DNA of 64,000 nucleotides, taken from contig NZ_JAEOXH010000002.1 of assembly GCF_016632315.1 (NCBI RefSeq), forward strand, positions 32,160 through 96,159. The letters are read 5' to 3'. The first letter of the stretch is position 1. Each line of letters starts with the position of its first letter. The notes beneath the pieces were generated by a model. It saw only the letters and a list, made by a program, of their open reading frames with translations. It had not been told where the DNA came from and did not search any database. This document shows, in pieces, positions 34,984 through 46,521 of the stretch. The DNA is from Oxynema sp. CENA135 (GTDB lineage: Bacteria > Cyanobacteriota > Cyanobacteriia > Cyanobacteriales > Laspinemataceae). The position numbers and the translations under genes are program-made.

Positions 34984-35721
34984 ATGAACATCGGTATCGT
35001 CACGCAAGCGAGAATGACCTCAACTCGCTTACCGGGAAAAGTATTAAAACCCGTTCTCGACAAACCGCTTTTGCAATATCACCTCGAACAATTACAACGA
35101 GTTCAACTGGCCGATCGCGTTATTGTAGCAACGACAACAAACGTAACGGATAATCCAATTATTGAATGGTGCGATCGCCTCGCTATTCCTTACTATCGCG
35201 GTTCGGAAAATGACGTACTTTCCCGATATTATCACGCCGCAAAAACGTATCAAATCGATCCAATTATTCGCGTCACTTCCGACTGTCCCCTGATCGATCC
35301 CGAACTCGTCGATCGCCTCATTCAAAGTTATCTCGACAGTCAGCCTCAAGTCAATTATCTCTCCAACTGTTTGGAGAGAACTTATCCCCGAGGAATGGAT
35401 GCAGAAATCTTTTCTTTTAAGAGTTTAGAAGAAGCTTTTCAAGAAGCAACCGCCCAACCCAATCGCGAACACGTTACCCCATTTATTTACCGTCAGCCCC
35501 AACGCTATCGAATCGCTCATTTAAAGGATAAAGAAGATAACAGTCATCATCGCTGGACGGTCGATACACCGGAAGATTTTCAATTAATTGAAAAAATTAT
35601 CAGAAGCTCGTGTACTTTAGGAAAACCACTTACCTTGAAAAATTGTTTAATATTGTTAGAAGAGCATCCAGAATGGTCGAAAATTAATACCCATATAGAA
35701 CAGAAAAAATATGGGCAATAA
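34984..35721 (+). CDS. pseF: acylneuraminate/pseudaminic-acid cytidylyltransferase family protein (SpsF/PseF-like)
   Basis: MNIGIVTQARMTSTRLPGKVL N-terminus (CMP-sugar cytidylyltransferase fold), SDCPLIDP motif. Confidence 0.7.
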   Translation: MNIGIVTQARMTSTRLPGKVLKPVLDKPLLQYHLEQLQRVQLADRVIVATTTNVTDNPIIEWCDRLAIPYYRGSENDVLSRYYHAAKTYQIDPIIRVTSDCPLIDPELVDRLIQSYLDSQPQVNYLSNCLERTYPRGMDAEIFSFKSLEEAFQEATAQPNREHVTPFIYRQPQRYRIAHLKDKEDNSHHRWTVDTPEDFQLIEKIIRSSCTLGKPLTLKNCLILLEEHPEWSKINTHIEQKKYGQ

Positions 35722-37246
35722 TCAGTCAAACTTCAAATTTCTGATTCGCGCCGATGCCTCTACAGCGATCGGAACGGGTCACGTGATGCGCTGTTTGGCA
35801 TTAGCACAAGCTGCCAAACAAAACGGCGATCGCCCGATCTTCGTTATGGCTGATTGTAGCCGCGCGATCGCCGATCGCCTCAACGCAGAAGGAATCAAAG
35901 CAATCGAAATTGAACCGCAACCCGGTAGTGTAGAAGATTGCCAAAAAACTATAGAAATTTCTCGTAAATTGAACATAAAATACTTGGTTTTAGACGGCTA
36001 TCAGTTTAAAACTAAGTATCAAAAAAGGATCGCGGAAGCGGGATTAAATTTTTTATTTTTAGACGATTACGGACATGGTGAAAGTTATTATGCGAATTGG
36101 ATATTAAATCAAAATATTTACGCCAATGACAGCTTTTACAAACAGCGATCGCCCGACACCCAACTGTTACTCGGCACTCGTTACGCCTTACTGCGCTGTG
36201 AATTTTGGGCGTGGCGGGGATGGCGACGAGAAATTGCCCCGATCGCCCGTAAAATTCTAGTCACATTAGGTGGCGGCGATCGCGATAACGTGACTTTAAA
36301 AGTCATTCAAGCCTTACAACATTTAGACAACTCGGATTTAGATGTTGCGATCGTCATCGGTGGAAGTAACCCCCATTATTCTAGTCTCGAAAAAGCGGCT
36401 CGATCTTCAAAGTTTTCAATTCGGTTGCTGCAAAATATCACCGATATGCCAGAATTAATGGCATGGGCCGATCTAGGGATTTCAGCCGGAGGGAGTACCT
36501 GTTGGGAATTGGCGTTTATGGGATTGCCGAGTTTGACAGTGATTCTCGCAGAAAATCAACGGGCGATCGCCGAAACTTTAGCCAAAGAAAAGATCGCTAT
36601 TAATTTAGGAGACTATCGAGAGTTAGACCTCAATAGAATGACGCAGGCGATCGCAGATTTACTAGGTTCTAAAACTAAACGCGCGCAAATCTCGCAACGC
36701 GCCTGTCAACTCGTAGATGGAGAAGGAAGCGAACGAGTTTTAATGCTTTTAGAAGGTGAAAAGATTCGATTGCGATCGCCCCAGGATCGCGATTGTCGGT
36801 TACTGTGGCAATGGGCCAACGATCCGGATGTAAGAAATACCTCATTTTCCAGCGATCCCATCCCTTGGGAACATCACGTGCAATGGTGGCGATCGCACTT
36901 GAATAATCCGAATTCATTAATTTATTTAGCACTCGATCGCGACGATCGCGCGATCGGTTCGATTCGCTATTTAATTGTCGAGAACGAAGCCGTTGTTTCT
37001 ATCAATATCGATCGCCAATTTCGCGGTTTGGGTTACGGAACCCATTTGATTCGCTTGGGAACGCAAAAGCTATTTTTAAACACCACCGTTCCAATCGTCC
37101 ACGCCTATATCAAACCGACCAATAAACCCTCGATTAAAGCTTTTTCTAAATGCCATTTTAAATTTAAGGAAAACATTAGTTATCGCGGACAGCCAGCCCT
37201 GTGTCTATCTTTAATTAGACAAGAATATTTCAATAATATTCAATAA
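35711..37246 (+). CDS. pseG: UDP-2,4-diacetamido-2,4,6-trideoxy-hexose hydrolase (PseG/SpsG-like) fused to a GNAT N-acetyltransferase (PseH-like)
   Basis: N-terminal FLIRADASTAIGTGHVMRCLALAQA (PseG glycosyltransferase-B fold); the C-terminal 150 aa has a GNAT core (VSINIDRQFRGLGYGTHLI). Confidence 0.7.
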   Translation: MGNNQSNFKFLIRADASTAIGTGHVMRCLALAQAAKQNGDRPIFVMADCSRAIADRLNAEGIKAIEIEPQPGSVEDCQKTIEISRKLNIKYLVLDGYQFKTKYQKRIAEAGLNFLFLDDYGHGESYYANWILNQNIYANDSFYKQRSPDTQLLLGTRYALLRCEFWAWRGWRREIAPIARKILVTLGGGDRDNVTLKVIQALQHLDNSDLDVAIVIGGSNPHYSSLEKAARSSKFSIRLLQNITDMPELMAWADLGISAGGSTCWELAFMGLPSLTVILAENQRAIAETLAKEKIAINLGDYRELDLNRMTQAIADLLGSKTKRAQISQRACQLVDGEGSERVLMLLEGEKIRLRSPQDRDCRLLWQWANDPDVRNTSFSSDPIPWEHHVQWWRSHLNNPNSLIYLALDRDDRAIGSIRYLIVENEAVVSINIDRQFRGLGYGTHLIRLGTQKLFLNTTVPIVHAYIKPTNKPSIKAFSKCHFKFKENISYRGQPALCLSLIRQEYFNNIQ

Positions 37247-37268
37247 CATTAAATAATATTCAATAACC

Positions 37269-38318
37269 ATGAACACGATTAAAATCGGTAACTATTCGAT
37301 TGGAATCGAGCATCCGCCCTTTATTGTGGCTGAAATGTCCGGCAATCACAATCAATCTTTAGATCGCGCCTTAGAGATTGTCGAAGCGGCGGCGGCGGCT
37401 GGAGTTTCCGCAGTTAAACTACAAACTTATACGGCGGAGACGATGACCCTCGACCTCGCCGAAGAAGAGTTTTTTATTAACAATCCCGATAGCCTTTGGC
37501 ACGGTTATTCTCTTTACCAACTTTACGAAAAAGCACATACTCCCTGGGAATGGCACCAGCCTATTTTCGATCGCTGCCAACAATTAGGCATCATCGGCTT
37601 CAGTACGCCTTTCGATGCAACTGCCGTTGATTTTCTCGAATCTCTAGCCGTTCCTTGTTATAAAATTGCGTCTTTTGAAAATACCGATTTGCCGTTAATT
37701 CGTAAAGTTGCCAGTACGGGAAAACCGTTAATTATTTCTACAGGAATGGCGACGATCGCCGAATTAGATGAAACGGTGAGAACGGCGAAAGAAGCGGGAT
37801 GTCGATCCCTCATTTTATTAAAATGTACGAGTACCTATCCGGCGACACCGGAAAATAGTAATTTGCGAACTCTTCCCCATTTACGCCAACTTTTTGATGT
37901 CGAAGTCGGTCTTTCCGATCACACGATGGGTGTCGGCGTTGCGGTGGCGAGTGTGGCTTTTGGAGCCACATTTATCGAAAAACATTTTACCCTCAGACGA
38001 GCCGATGGGGGTGTCGATTCCGCTTTTTCGATGGAACCACAGGACATGCAACAATTGGCGATCGAAACCCAGAGAGCTTGGCAATCATTGGGGCGAATTC
38101 AATACGGCCCGAGTGACGCAGAAAGGGCTTCAATGGGCTTTCGTCGTTCTTTATATGTGGCGCGAGACATGAAGGCGGGAGACTGTTTTACTCCGGAGAA
38201 TTTGCGGGCGATTCGTCCGGGGTTGGGGTTGTCGCCCAAATATTATCAAATCTTGCTGGGGAAAGTGGTTAAAAAAGATTTAAAAAAGGGAACTCCGGTA
38301 AGTTGGGACGTGATTTAA
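37269..38318 (+). CDS. pseI: pseudaminic acid / N-acetylneuraminate synthase (NeuB family)
   Basis: IGNYSIGIEHPPFIVAEMSGNHNQSLDRALEIVEAAAAAGVSAVKLQTY, NeuB TIM barrel, C-terminal SAF/antifreeze-like domain. Confidence 0.85.
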   Translation: MNTIKIGNYSIGIEHPPFIVAEMSGNHNQSLDRALEIVEAAAAAGVSAVKLQTYTAETMTLDLAEEEFFINNPDSLWHGYSLYQLYEKAHTPWEWHQPIFDRCQQLGIIGFSTPFDATAVDFLESLAVPCYKIASFENTDLPLIRKVASTGKPLIISTGMATIAELDETVRTAKEAGCRSLILLKCTSTYPATPENSNLRTLPHLRQLFDVEVGLSDHTMGVGVAVASVAFGATFIEKHFTLRRADGGVDSAFSMEPQDMQQLAIETQRAWQSLGRIQYGPSDAERASMGFRRSLYVARDMKAGDCFTPENLRAIRPGLGLSPKYYQILLGKVVKKDLKKGTPVSWDVI

Positions 38319-38363
38319 TTTTAGATTTTAGATTTTAGATTTTAGATTTTAGATTGAGATTTA
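38319..38363. repeat. heptanucleotide tandem repeat array (TTTTAGA x about 6)
   Basis: aattttagattttagattttagattttagattttagattgagattt immediately after the pseI stop. Confidence 0.8.
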
Positions 38364-38412
38364 TTGGGAGAAAGGATGACTGGGTTGATGGATTTTAAGG
38401 TTTAATCTACGA

Positions 38413-38439
38413 TAGGGACACGACAATACCGTGTCCCTA
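38413..38439. terminator. strong hairpin between convergent pseI and fabG (possible bidirectional terminator)
   Basis: TAGGGACACG-acaatac-CGTGTCCCTA, a perfect 10-bp stem 10 nt beyond the fabG stop; no strong U-tract, so function is uncertain. Confidence 0.45.
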
Positions 38440-38448
38440 TTGGTGATG

Positions 38449-39228
<780 letters not shown>

Positions 39229-39433
39229 TCACTTGATTGCAAACTCACTTATTTTAAGGTGAAATGCGATCGCGCGCATGGGATTGTTTTCTCTCGCAAG
39301 CTGCGCCGATTCTCATCGCATCTAACGGCGATCGATATTTGTGCATTTCTAGAAAAACGGGATCGCACTTGCACCCAAGTCTCGCTATCATAGAAATGTT
39401 TTCACGCCACACCGTTAATGGTGTTTGTGACTG

Positions 39434-39751
39434 ATGGCCGTCAAAAAACAGTTCAACAGTTTTGATGAAATGCTCCAACAATCGGAGTTGCCCGTGTTGG
39501 TCGATTTTTATGCCAATTGGTGCGGGCCTTGTCAGATGATGGTGCCGATTCTGAACGAAGTTAATGCCAAACTCAAACAACGGCTAAAAATTGTCAAGAT
39601 CGACACGGAGAAATATACAGATTTAGCCACGGATCATCATATTTATGCATTACCGACGTTAGTTTTATTTAAAGCGGGCAAACCTGTAGAGCGTTTTGAA
39701 GGACTCAGAAGCGCCGAACAACTAATTGCAGAACTCGAACCTTTGTTGTAA
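39434..39751 (+). CDS. trxA: thioredoxin
   Basis: WCGPC active site (FYANWCGPCQMMVP), 105 aa. Confidence 0.9.
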   Translation: MAVKKQFNSFDEMLQQSELPVLVDFYANWCGPCQMMVPILNEVNAKLKQRLKIVKIDTEKYTDLATDHHIYALPTLVLFKAGKPVERFEGLRSAEQLIAELEPLL

Positions 39752-39819
39752 ATCGATCGCCCGTTTTTAAGTCTGTTCTGCGTTCTCTTCTCAGCCGTTA
39801 TTGTTTGAGCGTTTAACTT

Positions 39820-40413
39820 TTGAATACGCCATCTCATGCGTTAGTGAATTTGGCCATTTTTAGCCAAGTTTCCCTCTCTCAATATCCGGGGGCGATCGTC
39901 GTCGGGGCGATCGCCCCAGATTTACCGATTTTTGTGTTTTATTTTTACTCGAAATGGGTTCTCCGGCGATCGGAACGGGAAATTTGGACGGAGGGCTATT
40001 GGCATCCACGGTTACAGAATATCGTGGCGATCTTGCATTCGATTCCCTTAGCGATTCTCGGGGCGATCGCCTGTCATGTCTTCAATTTCATGGAGGGAAA
40101 AATCTTCTGTCTGAGCATTCTGCTCCATTGTTTCGGAGATTTACCCGTCCATCACGACGACGCCCACCGTCACTTTTTCCCTTTTAGTTCTTATCGGTTT
40201 ATCAGTCCGTTTTCTTACTGGGATCCGAACCATTATGGTCGGTGGGTCGCATCGGTAGAACTGGCGATCGTCTTATTAGCGAGCGTGCAAATTTTGCCAA
40301 TTTTTACCCATGCGATCGCGCGCGGGGCGATCGTTGCCATCAACAGCTTTTATGCATTCTTTTACAGCCGCTATTATTTAATCCCACTCTTGAGAAAACT
40401 CGGGTCATCCTAG
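39820..40413 (+). CDS. His-rich polytopic membrane protein (possible membrane-bound metal-dependent hydrolase-like); TTG start in the track, start uncertain
   Basis: 197 aa, 5-6 hydrophobic helices, conserved His clusters (HCFGDLPVHHDDAHRH). Confidence 0.45.
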   Translation: MNTPSHALVNLAIFSQVSLSQYPGAIVVGAIAPDLPIFVFYFYSKWVLRRSEREIWTEGYWHPRLQNIVAILHSIPLAILGAIACHVFNFMEGKIFCLSILLHCFGDLPVHHDDAHRHFFPFSSYRFISPFSYWDPNHYGRWVASVELAIVLLASVQILPIFTHAIARGAIVAINSFYAFFYSRYYLIPLLRKLGSS

Positions 40414-40426
40414 AACCGTGCGATCG

Positions 40427-40484
40427 TCTAAAATCTAGAATCTAAAATTTAAACTCTAAAATCTAAACTCTAAAATCTAAACTC
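40427..40484. repeat. heptanucleotide/14-mer tandem repeat array (AAACTCTAAAATCT x3 plus variants)
   Basis: tctaaaatctagaatctaaaatttaaactctaaaatctaaactctaaaatctaaactctaaaatctc between convergent gene ends. Confidence 0.8.
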
Positions 40485-40491
40485 TAAAATC

Positions 40492-41388
40492 TCAAGACCG
40501 CCGAATATTAAAACAGCACCAATCTTGACGCCGCCAGAGAGTCGCGACGACCCAGCCATGCTGTTCGAGAGTATCGGCGACAGGTTTCGCTTGTTCGAGC
40601 AGTACCCCACTAATAATTCCCCAGGTACTCGGTTTGCAAATATTATCCATCTCGGGAATTAAATCTAAAATGGTTTCGGCGAGGATATTGCAAATAATCC
40701 CATCGACAGGTTCTTCGATCAGTTGTTTGACCCGTTCGACACTGCCGAGTTTAACTAACATTTTCGACTCGGGAATTTTATTGAGTTCGCGACACCGACG
40801 GGCGGCCCGAACGGCGAGGGGGTCGATATCCACCGAGTAGGCTTTCCCGGCGCCCAACAACAGCGCCCCGATGGATAAAATTCCCGAACCGCAACCGATA
40901 TCGGCCACTTGTACCCCAGAATCGCTCGGATCGAAGCCCAAACGCATTTCTAACGCTTCGAGACAAAGTTGAGTGGTGGCGTGGGCACCCGTACCGAAAG
41001 CGGCGCCGGGGTCCAAGCGTAGGAGCAGGCGATCGCACTGTTCCGGAAGGGGAAGCCACGCCGGATAAATCAAAAAGCGATCGCCGATCTCTTGCGGGTG
41101 CCAATGTTTTTTCCAACTGATCGCCCAATCTTCCTCCTCGATTAAATTCCACTGCATCGCGGGAGTGGGCAATCCGATCGCGAGAGCATCTTGGCGCAAC
41201 AGTAGGGAAAGCGCGGACAAATCCAGCATTTGAGCGCGTTCCTGGGGCAGATAGGTGGAAATCAAACAGGAATGACCCTTTAGCTCCGTAGCCATCCCGC
41301 GACAGCCGAAACTTTCCAAGCGCCAGAAGATCGAATCTTCCAGAGCGGGATCGCACAGCACTTGAATTTCCCACCAATTGTTGGCCAT
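40492..41388 (-). CDS. prmA: ribosomal protein L11 methyltransferase
   Basis: Start [10 protein letters not shown] (typical PrmA N-terminus; the track ORF extends to 41475); SAM motif [20 protein letters not shown]. Confidence 0.85.
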   Translation of the reverse strand: MANNWWEIQVLCDPALEDSIFWRLESFGCRGMATELKGHSCLISTYLPQERAQMLDLSALSLLLRQDALAIGLPTPAMQWNLIEEEDWAISWKKHWHPQEIGDRFLIYPAWLPLPEQCDRLLLRLDPGAAFGTGAHATTQLCLEALEMRLGFDPSDSGVQVADIGCGSGILSIGALLLGAGKAYSVDIDPLAVRAARRCRELNKIPESKMLVKLGSVERVKQLIEEPVDGIICNILAETILDLIPEMDNICKPSTWGIISGVLLEQAKPVADTLEQHGWVVATLWRRQDWCCFNIRRS

Positions 41389-41512
41389 AGTTTGCAATTG
41401 AAGACTTCGGGGGTGAGCAGTTGGGGAATGCACCGAGAGGAGAGGGGCGGGAGATCCGGTCGTCCGCGACCCCACCGATCCCCTTTCCTTGTGATTCAGT
41501 GGCGATCGCCGC

Positions 41513-43096
41513 TTACAGCGTTACGGTGTAGGCATCCCGGATCCCCGGTACTTTCTTAATTTCATCGAGCAATCCATCCGGCAGGGGATCGTCAATACTC
41601 AAAACCATCACCGCATCGCCGCGTACAATTTTGCGACCGACTTGCATACTGGCAATATTGACGTTAAAACTGCCGAGCAAAGACCCGATTTTACCGATAA
41701 TTCCCGGCATATCGCGGTGTCTTGTAAACAGCATATAGTGATTTGGGGGAACGTTAATCGGAAATTCGTCAATATCGGTGATTCGGATTTCACCATCCCC
41801 TAACAAAGCCCCCGTCACCGCGTGATCTCCTAACGATCCCTTAGCTTCCAAGTGAAGCGATCCGGCATAGTCGCGAATCGATGCATCGCGGGTTTCGATC
41901 ACGCGGATGCCCCGTTCTTTGGCTTCGATGCTGGCGTTGACGTAATTGACGCGCTCGCGCAGGGCTTGGGATAACAAACCCTTGAGGGCGGCGACGACCA
42001 CGGGCTGACTGTCGTTGTTGGCCAAATCCCCTTGCATCCGGACGTTGAGCAACTCGATACGACCCCCTGCAACTTGTCCGACCAAATTACCCAACGTTTC
42101 GGCCAGTTGCAGATAAGGTCTGAGTTTTTCGAGGGCGTCGGGATAGAGTCCGGGGATGTTGACCGCCGAACGGGCGGGCAATCCGAGCAGAACATCCCTG
42201 ATTTGTTCGGCCACATCGATCGCCACATTCACTTGAGCTTCTGCGGTAGAAGCGCCCAAATGCGGGGTAAGAATCAACTGTTTGCCGACACTGCGCAGGG
42301 GGGAATCGGCTTCGAGGGGTTCGTTTTCAAAAACATCTAAAGCGGCGCCGCCGATCCGTTCTTCCCGCAGGGCTTCCGCTAAGGCGGATTCGTCGATAAT
42401 CCCGCCTCGGGAGCAGTTAACAATCCGCACGTTGGGCTTCATTTTCGCCAAGGCGGCGGCGTCGATCATGTTCGCCGTTTCTGCGGTTTTGGGAACGTGG
42501 AGGGTGATGTAGTCGGCTTCGCGGAAAAGCAAATCCAGATCGACCAACCGACAGCCGATTTGTTCGGCGCGTTCGGTGGAAATGAACGGATCGTAGGCAA
42601 TCAATTTCATGCCCATCGCTTTAGCGGCGGCGGCGACGTGGGAGCCAATTTTCCCCAAGCCGACGATCCCGAGGGTTTTTTTATAAACTTCGGTACCGAC
42701 AAACGCCTTGCGGTTCCACTTGCCGCTTTTGACCGATTGGTTGGCATCGGGAATGTAGCGAGAAAGGGAGAGCATCATGGCGATCGCGTGTTCGGCGGCG
42801 GCGATCGTATTGCCTTCGGGCGAGTTGACGACGACAATCCCTTTACGAGTGGCTGTGGCAACGTCCACATTATCGACACCGACGCCCGCACGGCCAATAA
42901 TTTTAAGCTGGGTGGCAGCTTCGATGATTTCTTTGGTGACGCGGGTGCCAGAACGAATCATCAGCGCGTCGTATTCTGGGATGACGCGCACTAAATCTTC
43001 CTGGGATAGACTGGTTTCGACATCGACTTGAGCAACTTGCGAAAGGATATCAATCCCAGCTTGGTCAATTGGATCGGAGACGAGAAGCTTTGGCAT
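41513..43096 (-). CDS. serA: D-3-phosphoglycerate dehydrogenase (with C-terminal ACT domain)
   Basis: [11 protein letters not shown]..., NAD motif [13 protein letters not shown], catalytic R/E/H residues; 527 aa long form with ASB and ACT domains. Confidence 0.9.
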   Translation of the reverse strand: MPKLLVSDPIDQAGIDILSQVAQVDVETSLSQEDLVRVIPEYDALMIRSGTRVTKEIIEAATQLKIIGRAGVGVDNVDVATATRKGIVVVNSPEGNTIAAAEHAIAMMLSLSRYIPDANQSVKSGKWNRKAFVGTEVYKKTLGIVGLGKIGSHVAAAAKAMGMKLIAYDPFISTERAEQIGCRLVDLDLLFREADYITLHVPKTAETANMIDAAALAKMKPNVRIVNCSRGGIIDESALAEALREERIGGAALDVFENEPLEADSPLRSVGKQLILTPHLGASTAEAQVNVAIDVAEQIRDVLLGLPARSAVNIPGLYPDALEKLRPYLQLAETLGNLVGQVAGGRIELLNVRMQGDLANNDSQPVVVAALKGLLSQALRERVNYVNASIEAKERGIRVIETRDASIRDYAGSLHLEAKGSLGDHAVTGALLGDGEIRITDIDEFPINVPPNHYMLFTRHRDMPGIIGKIGSLLGSFNVNIASMQVGRKIVRGDAVMVLSIDDPLPDGLLDEIKKVPGIRDAYTVTL

Positions 43097-43435
43097 GGTC
43101 AGCGTTTAAGTGGCAACAAAAAACAATAGTCCCGGAACGACTGAGGGTGAATGCATGAGCCGCAATAGCCGCCTAGCATTGGCGAGCTTCGGGACTTGAC
43201 GGGCGATCGACATCGGTGGTGTCAAGCAGCAATCTTGCGCTTACCTCGCCACTCGGCAGACTTGCTGCAGTAGGACATTTTAACCGTAAATGGGGCGCTT
43301 ACAGGGTCGAGGGGGGAAATTTTTTAGGTTGGCAAGGGGCGATCGCCTCGGCTTCACTCCGGTTGCCCTGTTCTCGATTCTCCCCATTGCTCTAAAATTT
43401 TTATTTAATCGCAAGGATTTTTGTTTTTTTAGTTT

Positions 43436-43942
43436 ATGAATTATTTGGTTGCCGTTTTTCCCGATCGCATTCAGGCCGAAGAGGCGTACTGTACCCTCGA
43501 AAAAGAAGGCTTATCTGCGAATCAAATCCAAATTTTAGGCAAAGGCTACAAAAGCGCCGATGAGTTTGGCTTGATCGACCCGAACGAGCAAGCGTACAAA
43601 CAAATCAAATTTATGGCCCTATGGTTGGTTCCGTTCGGATTTGCCGCCGGGACGACCTTCAGCATCATTACGGGCTTGAATACCTTCGCTTGGGCGGGGG
43701 AACTCGGCAATCACTTGGTCGGTGGGTTGCTGGGAGCTGCTTCGGGAGCAATGGGCAGCTTTTTTGTCGGTGGCGGGGTCGGGATTGCCCTCGGCAGTGG
43801 CGACGCCCTCCCCTATCGCAATCGCCTCAATGCGGGGAAGTATTTAGTCGTGGTCACCGGAAGCGAAACTCTGACGCGCCAAGCGTCGCGACTGTTACGC
43901 AAGTTAGAACCGGAAAATTTGCAAGGGTACCAACAACTCTAG
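43436..43942 (+). CDS. hypothetical membrane protein (Gly-rich TM pair, DUF1269-like)
   Basis: 168 aa; soluble N-domain then two Gly-zipper hydrophobic segments. Confidence 0.45.
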   Translation: MNYLVAVFPDRIQAEEAYCTLEKEGLSANQIQILGKGYKSADEFGLIDPNEQAYKQIKFMALWLVPFGFAAGTTFSIITGLNTFAWAGELGNHLVGGLLGAASGAMGSFFVGGGVGIALGSGDALPYRNRLNAGKYLVVVTGSETLTRQASRLLRKLEPENLQGYQQL

Positions 43943-44286
43943 TGCGAGAGCGCGGCAACGGGGAGCGGGCGATCGCCGTTGCCGCGCTCTTCTCGCTTCG
44001 TCGATCGCCAAAAAATATTTGTAAATCCCTCTAGACATTGTAAGAACTCAGTGCTAATAATTGGGGAGCATCGAGGGGAAATTCGCCCCCGAATTGGCCT
44101 AGTTTTTAAACTTCTTTGACCGCGCGATCGCCCGTTTGGCCGCAAACGAGGGCGATCGGCGAGGGTCGCATCTATACGCCATTTTTATATAACCGATGAA
44201 ACGTCAGGGTTCGTCGGCGATGACTGCCTCGGGAAATTTGGCATTTCCCCGGGATCGATCGCCGATTTCAAGATCGCCCGATCGCG

Positions 44287-46068
44287 ATGGCTCCAGTGAC
44301 GCGATCGCCCTGGACTCCTCTCTTTTTGCCTAAAGTGAGACAAATAACAGATAATTTAGATCGATTTTCCCTTCGCCTTGCCCTTCGCCAAGGGCTTTAC
44401 CGATTCGCACGGCTCAGTGTTTCCCAACAGTTCTCCATTTTTTTGCGATCGAGCCTCGGCGCGATCGCCCTCGTCAGCGCGGGATGGGCCGATCTCGGCG
44501 CGATCGCCGCGCCCAGAGAAGCGGATCCCCTCGCTCAAATCACCTCGGTCTCACAATTGTCCGACGTGCAACCGACGGACTGGGCCTTTCAAGCCTTGCA
44601 ATCCCTCGTGGAAACCTACGGCATCCTCCAAGGCTATCCCGATGGCAGCTTTCGCGGCGATCGCGCCCTCACCCGCTACGAATTCGCCGCCGGACTCAAT
44701 GCCTTTCTCGACACGATCGCCGTCGGATCCGTAGACCTGACCCCGGAAGATCTCGCCGTTGTCGAACGACTGCAGGCGGAATTTGCCGCCGAACTCGCCG
44801 CCACCCGCGATCGCCTCGCCGACGTGGAAACCCGCCTCGCCGAGGTAGACGCCCGTCAATTCTCCACTACCACCAAACTCAACGTCCTCGCCACTTTCAA
44901 CGTCGCCGCCGCCACGGCGGGGGACGATCTGCGGGTCAATCGCCTCGATCCCGGCGATACGGGCAGTGGTTCCGGACGCGACGCCGACGGTCGGGCGATC
45001 GTCAGTCGCGTTCGCGAAGACCCCAGCATCACTTTTTCCGAGGCGATCGCCTTCTTTCTCACTACTTCTTTCACCGGAAAAGATACTTTAATTACCACCT
45101 TGGTCACGGGAAACGGTAATTCGCCGACCAACAACTATACATCAGACGGCTGGTTTAACAGTTTCGGCACCCCGGTTTTAAATCTCACGCCCACCCCGGA
45201 AACGAACCGCCTCAGTATTTCCGAGGCCATTTATATTTTCCCCGTCACCCCTTCCGTGCAACTGGCGATCGGGCCGAAATTCCTGTGGTCGCGCTTCTTC
45301 GACAGTAACGCCTTTACCTCCGCTTTCGGTCGCGGCGCCAGTGGTTTCGATACTTACGGCTCCCCCCTGATTAACGATCTCGCCCGCAGTTCCGGAGCTG
45401 TCGCCACCTGGCGCATCAGCGAACAGTTCGAGTTACGCCTCGGTTACGCGGCGATCGATAGTAGCGACCCCAGTGAGGGTTTATTTCGCGGCGATCGCGC
45501 CCTCACCACACAATTGACCATCTCTCCCCTTCCCAATCTCAACTTACGCTTACTCTACGATCGCTCCCAAATCGCAGCCAGCAACGGTCAAGTGAGCGGC
45601 AGACCTCTCATCGGTGTCGCCGACGACGGCTTCGGCGGCGATCTCGAAGACGCCAACGCCGATGTCTTCGCGGTCAACTTCGATTGGTTAGTTTCTCCGA
45701 AATTCGGGCTGTTCGGACGCTACAGCTACGGCAATATCGATATCGATCCGGCGAGCGATGCGGTTCCCGGCGGCGATTTGACCGTGCAGTCCCTCCAACT
45801 CGGCATGGCATTTCCCGATTTGGGCAAAGAAGGATCGTTAGCCACTTTATCTTATGTGATTCCCTTCAGCCCGATCGAGGGACGACGATTTTTAGTGTCC
45901 GGCGATGGCGATGGCGGAACTCAGTACGAAATCGAAGCGACCTATTATTTTCCCGTTACCGATAAAATTGCGGTGATTCCTTCCTTATATTGGATTGGTA
46001 ATGCCAATAATTTTAATAGCAATCCCAATATTTATACGGGAACGGTGAGAACGCAGTTTAATTTTTAG
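44287..46068 (+). CDS. SLH-domain porin (cyanobacterial OprB-like outer-membrane porin)
   Basis: SLH motif TDWAFQALQSLVETYGILQGYPDGSFRGDRALTRYEFAAGL, coiled-coil linker, then a C-terminal beta-barrel with alternating aromatic residues and a terminal F. Confidence 0.75.
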   Translation: MAPVTRSPWTPLFLPKVRQITDNLDRFSLRLALRQGLYRFARLSVSQQFSIFLRSSLGAIALVSAGWADLGAIAAPREADPLAQITSVSQLSDVQPTDWAFQALQSLVETYGILQGYPDGSFRGDRALTRYEFAAGLNAFLDTIAVGSVDLTPEDLAVVERLQAEFAAELAATRDRLADVETRLAEVDARQFSTTTKLNVLATFNVAAATAGDDLRVNRLDPGDTGSGSGRDADGRAIVSRVREDPSITFSEAIAFFLTTSFTGKDTLITTLVTGNGNSPTNNYTSDGWFNSFGTPVLNLTPTPETNRLSISEAIYIFPVTPSVQLAIGPKFLWSRFFDSNAFTSAFGRGASGFDTYGSPLINDLARSSGAVATWRISEQFELRLGYAAIDSSDPSEGLFRGDRALTTQLTISPLPNLNLRLLYDRSQIAASNGQVSGRPLIGVADDGFGGDLEDANADVFAVNFDWLVSPKFGLFGRYSYGNIDIDPASDAVPGGDLTVQSLQLGMAFPDLGKEGSLATLSYVIPFSPIEGRRFLVSGDGDGGTQYEIEATYYFPVTDKIAVIPSLYWIGNANNFNSNPNIYTGTVRTQFNF

Positions 46069-46521
46069 AACGGGGATCGAAATCGGAAATTGTCACTCCT
46101 CCAGTGCAACCGTAGAGTTGCTGATTTTAACCCCGGGAGATCGCCCAGGGAAGACGGGCGATCGAAAACATCATTCACCCCATTTGTTTGAACGAGAAAT
46201 GTAGGGATGCGGCATGGCCGTCTCCCTACCTCATCAACCTGAATTTAAAGATTTATTGAAAAAAATCGGACAAAAATAAATCCAGATCGCCCCCCATTTC
46301 GATCCCCTTTTCGAGGATGACGAGGGGCGATCGCCCCCGGTCACCCTGCTGCAACCGGGTTAGCTTTGAAACCCTCATGTTAAAATTAAGTAAAAGCACG
46401 TAAGCAACTGACCGTAAGAATACCGAATCGAGAGCGATCGCGCGATCGCCAATCCGATTCGATCGCGATCGCCGATTGAGGTCAACTCCGCCAACTCATG
46501 CAGCTAGGAGGCACGATTTCC

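Noticed and set aside
44484-45119. 211-aa Arg-rich plus-strand ORF and the minus ORFs 44551..44859 and 44856..45134
   Set aside because: They overlap the SLH-porin gene, whose SLH motif and beta-barrel make it the real frame.
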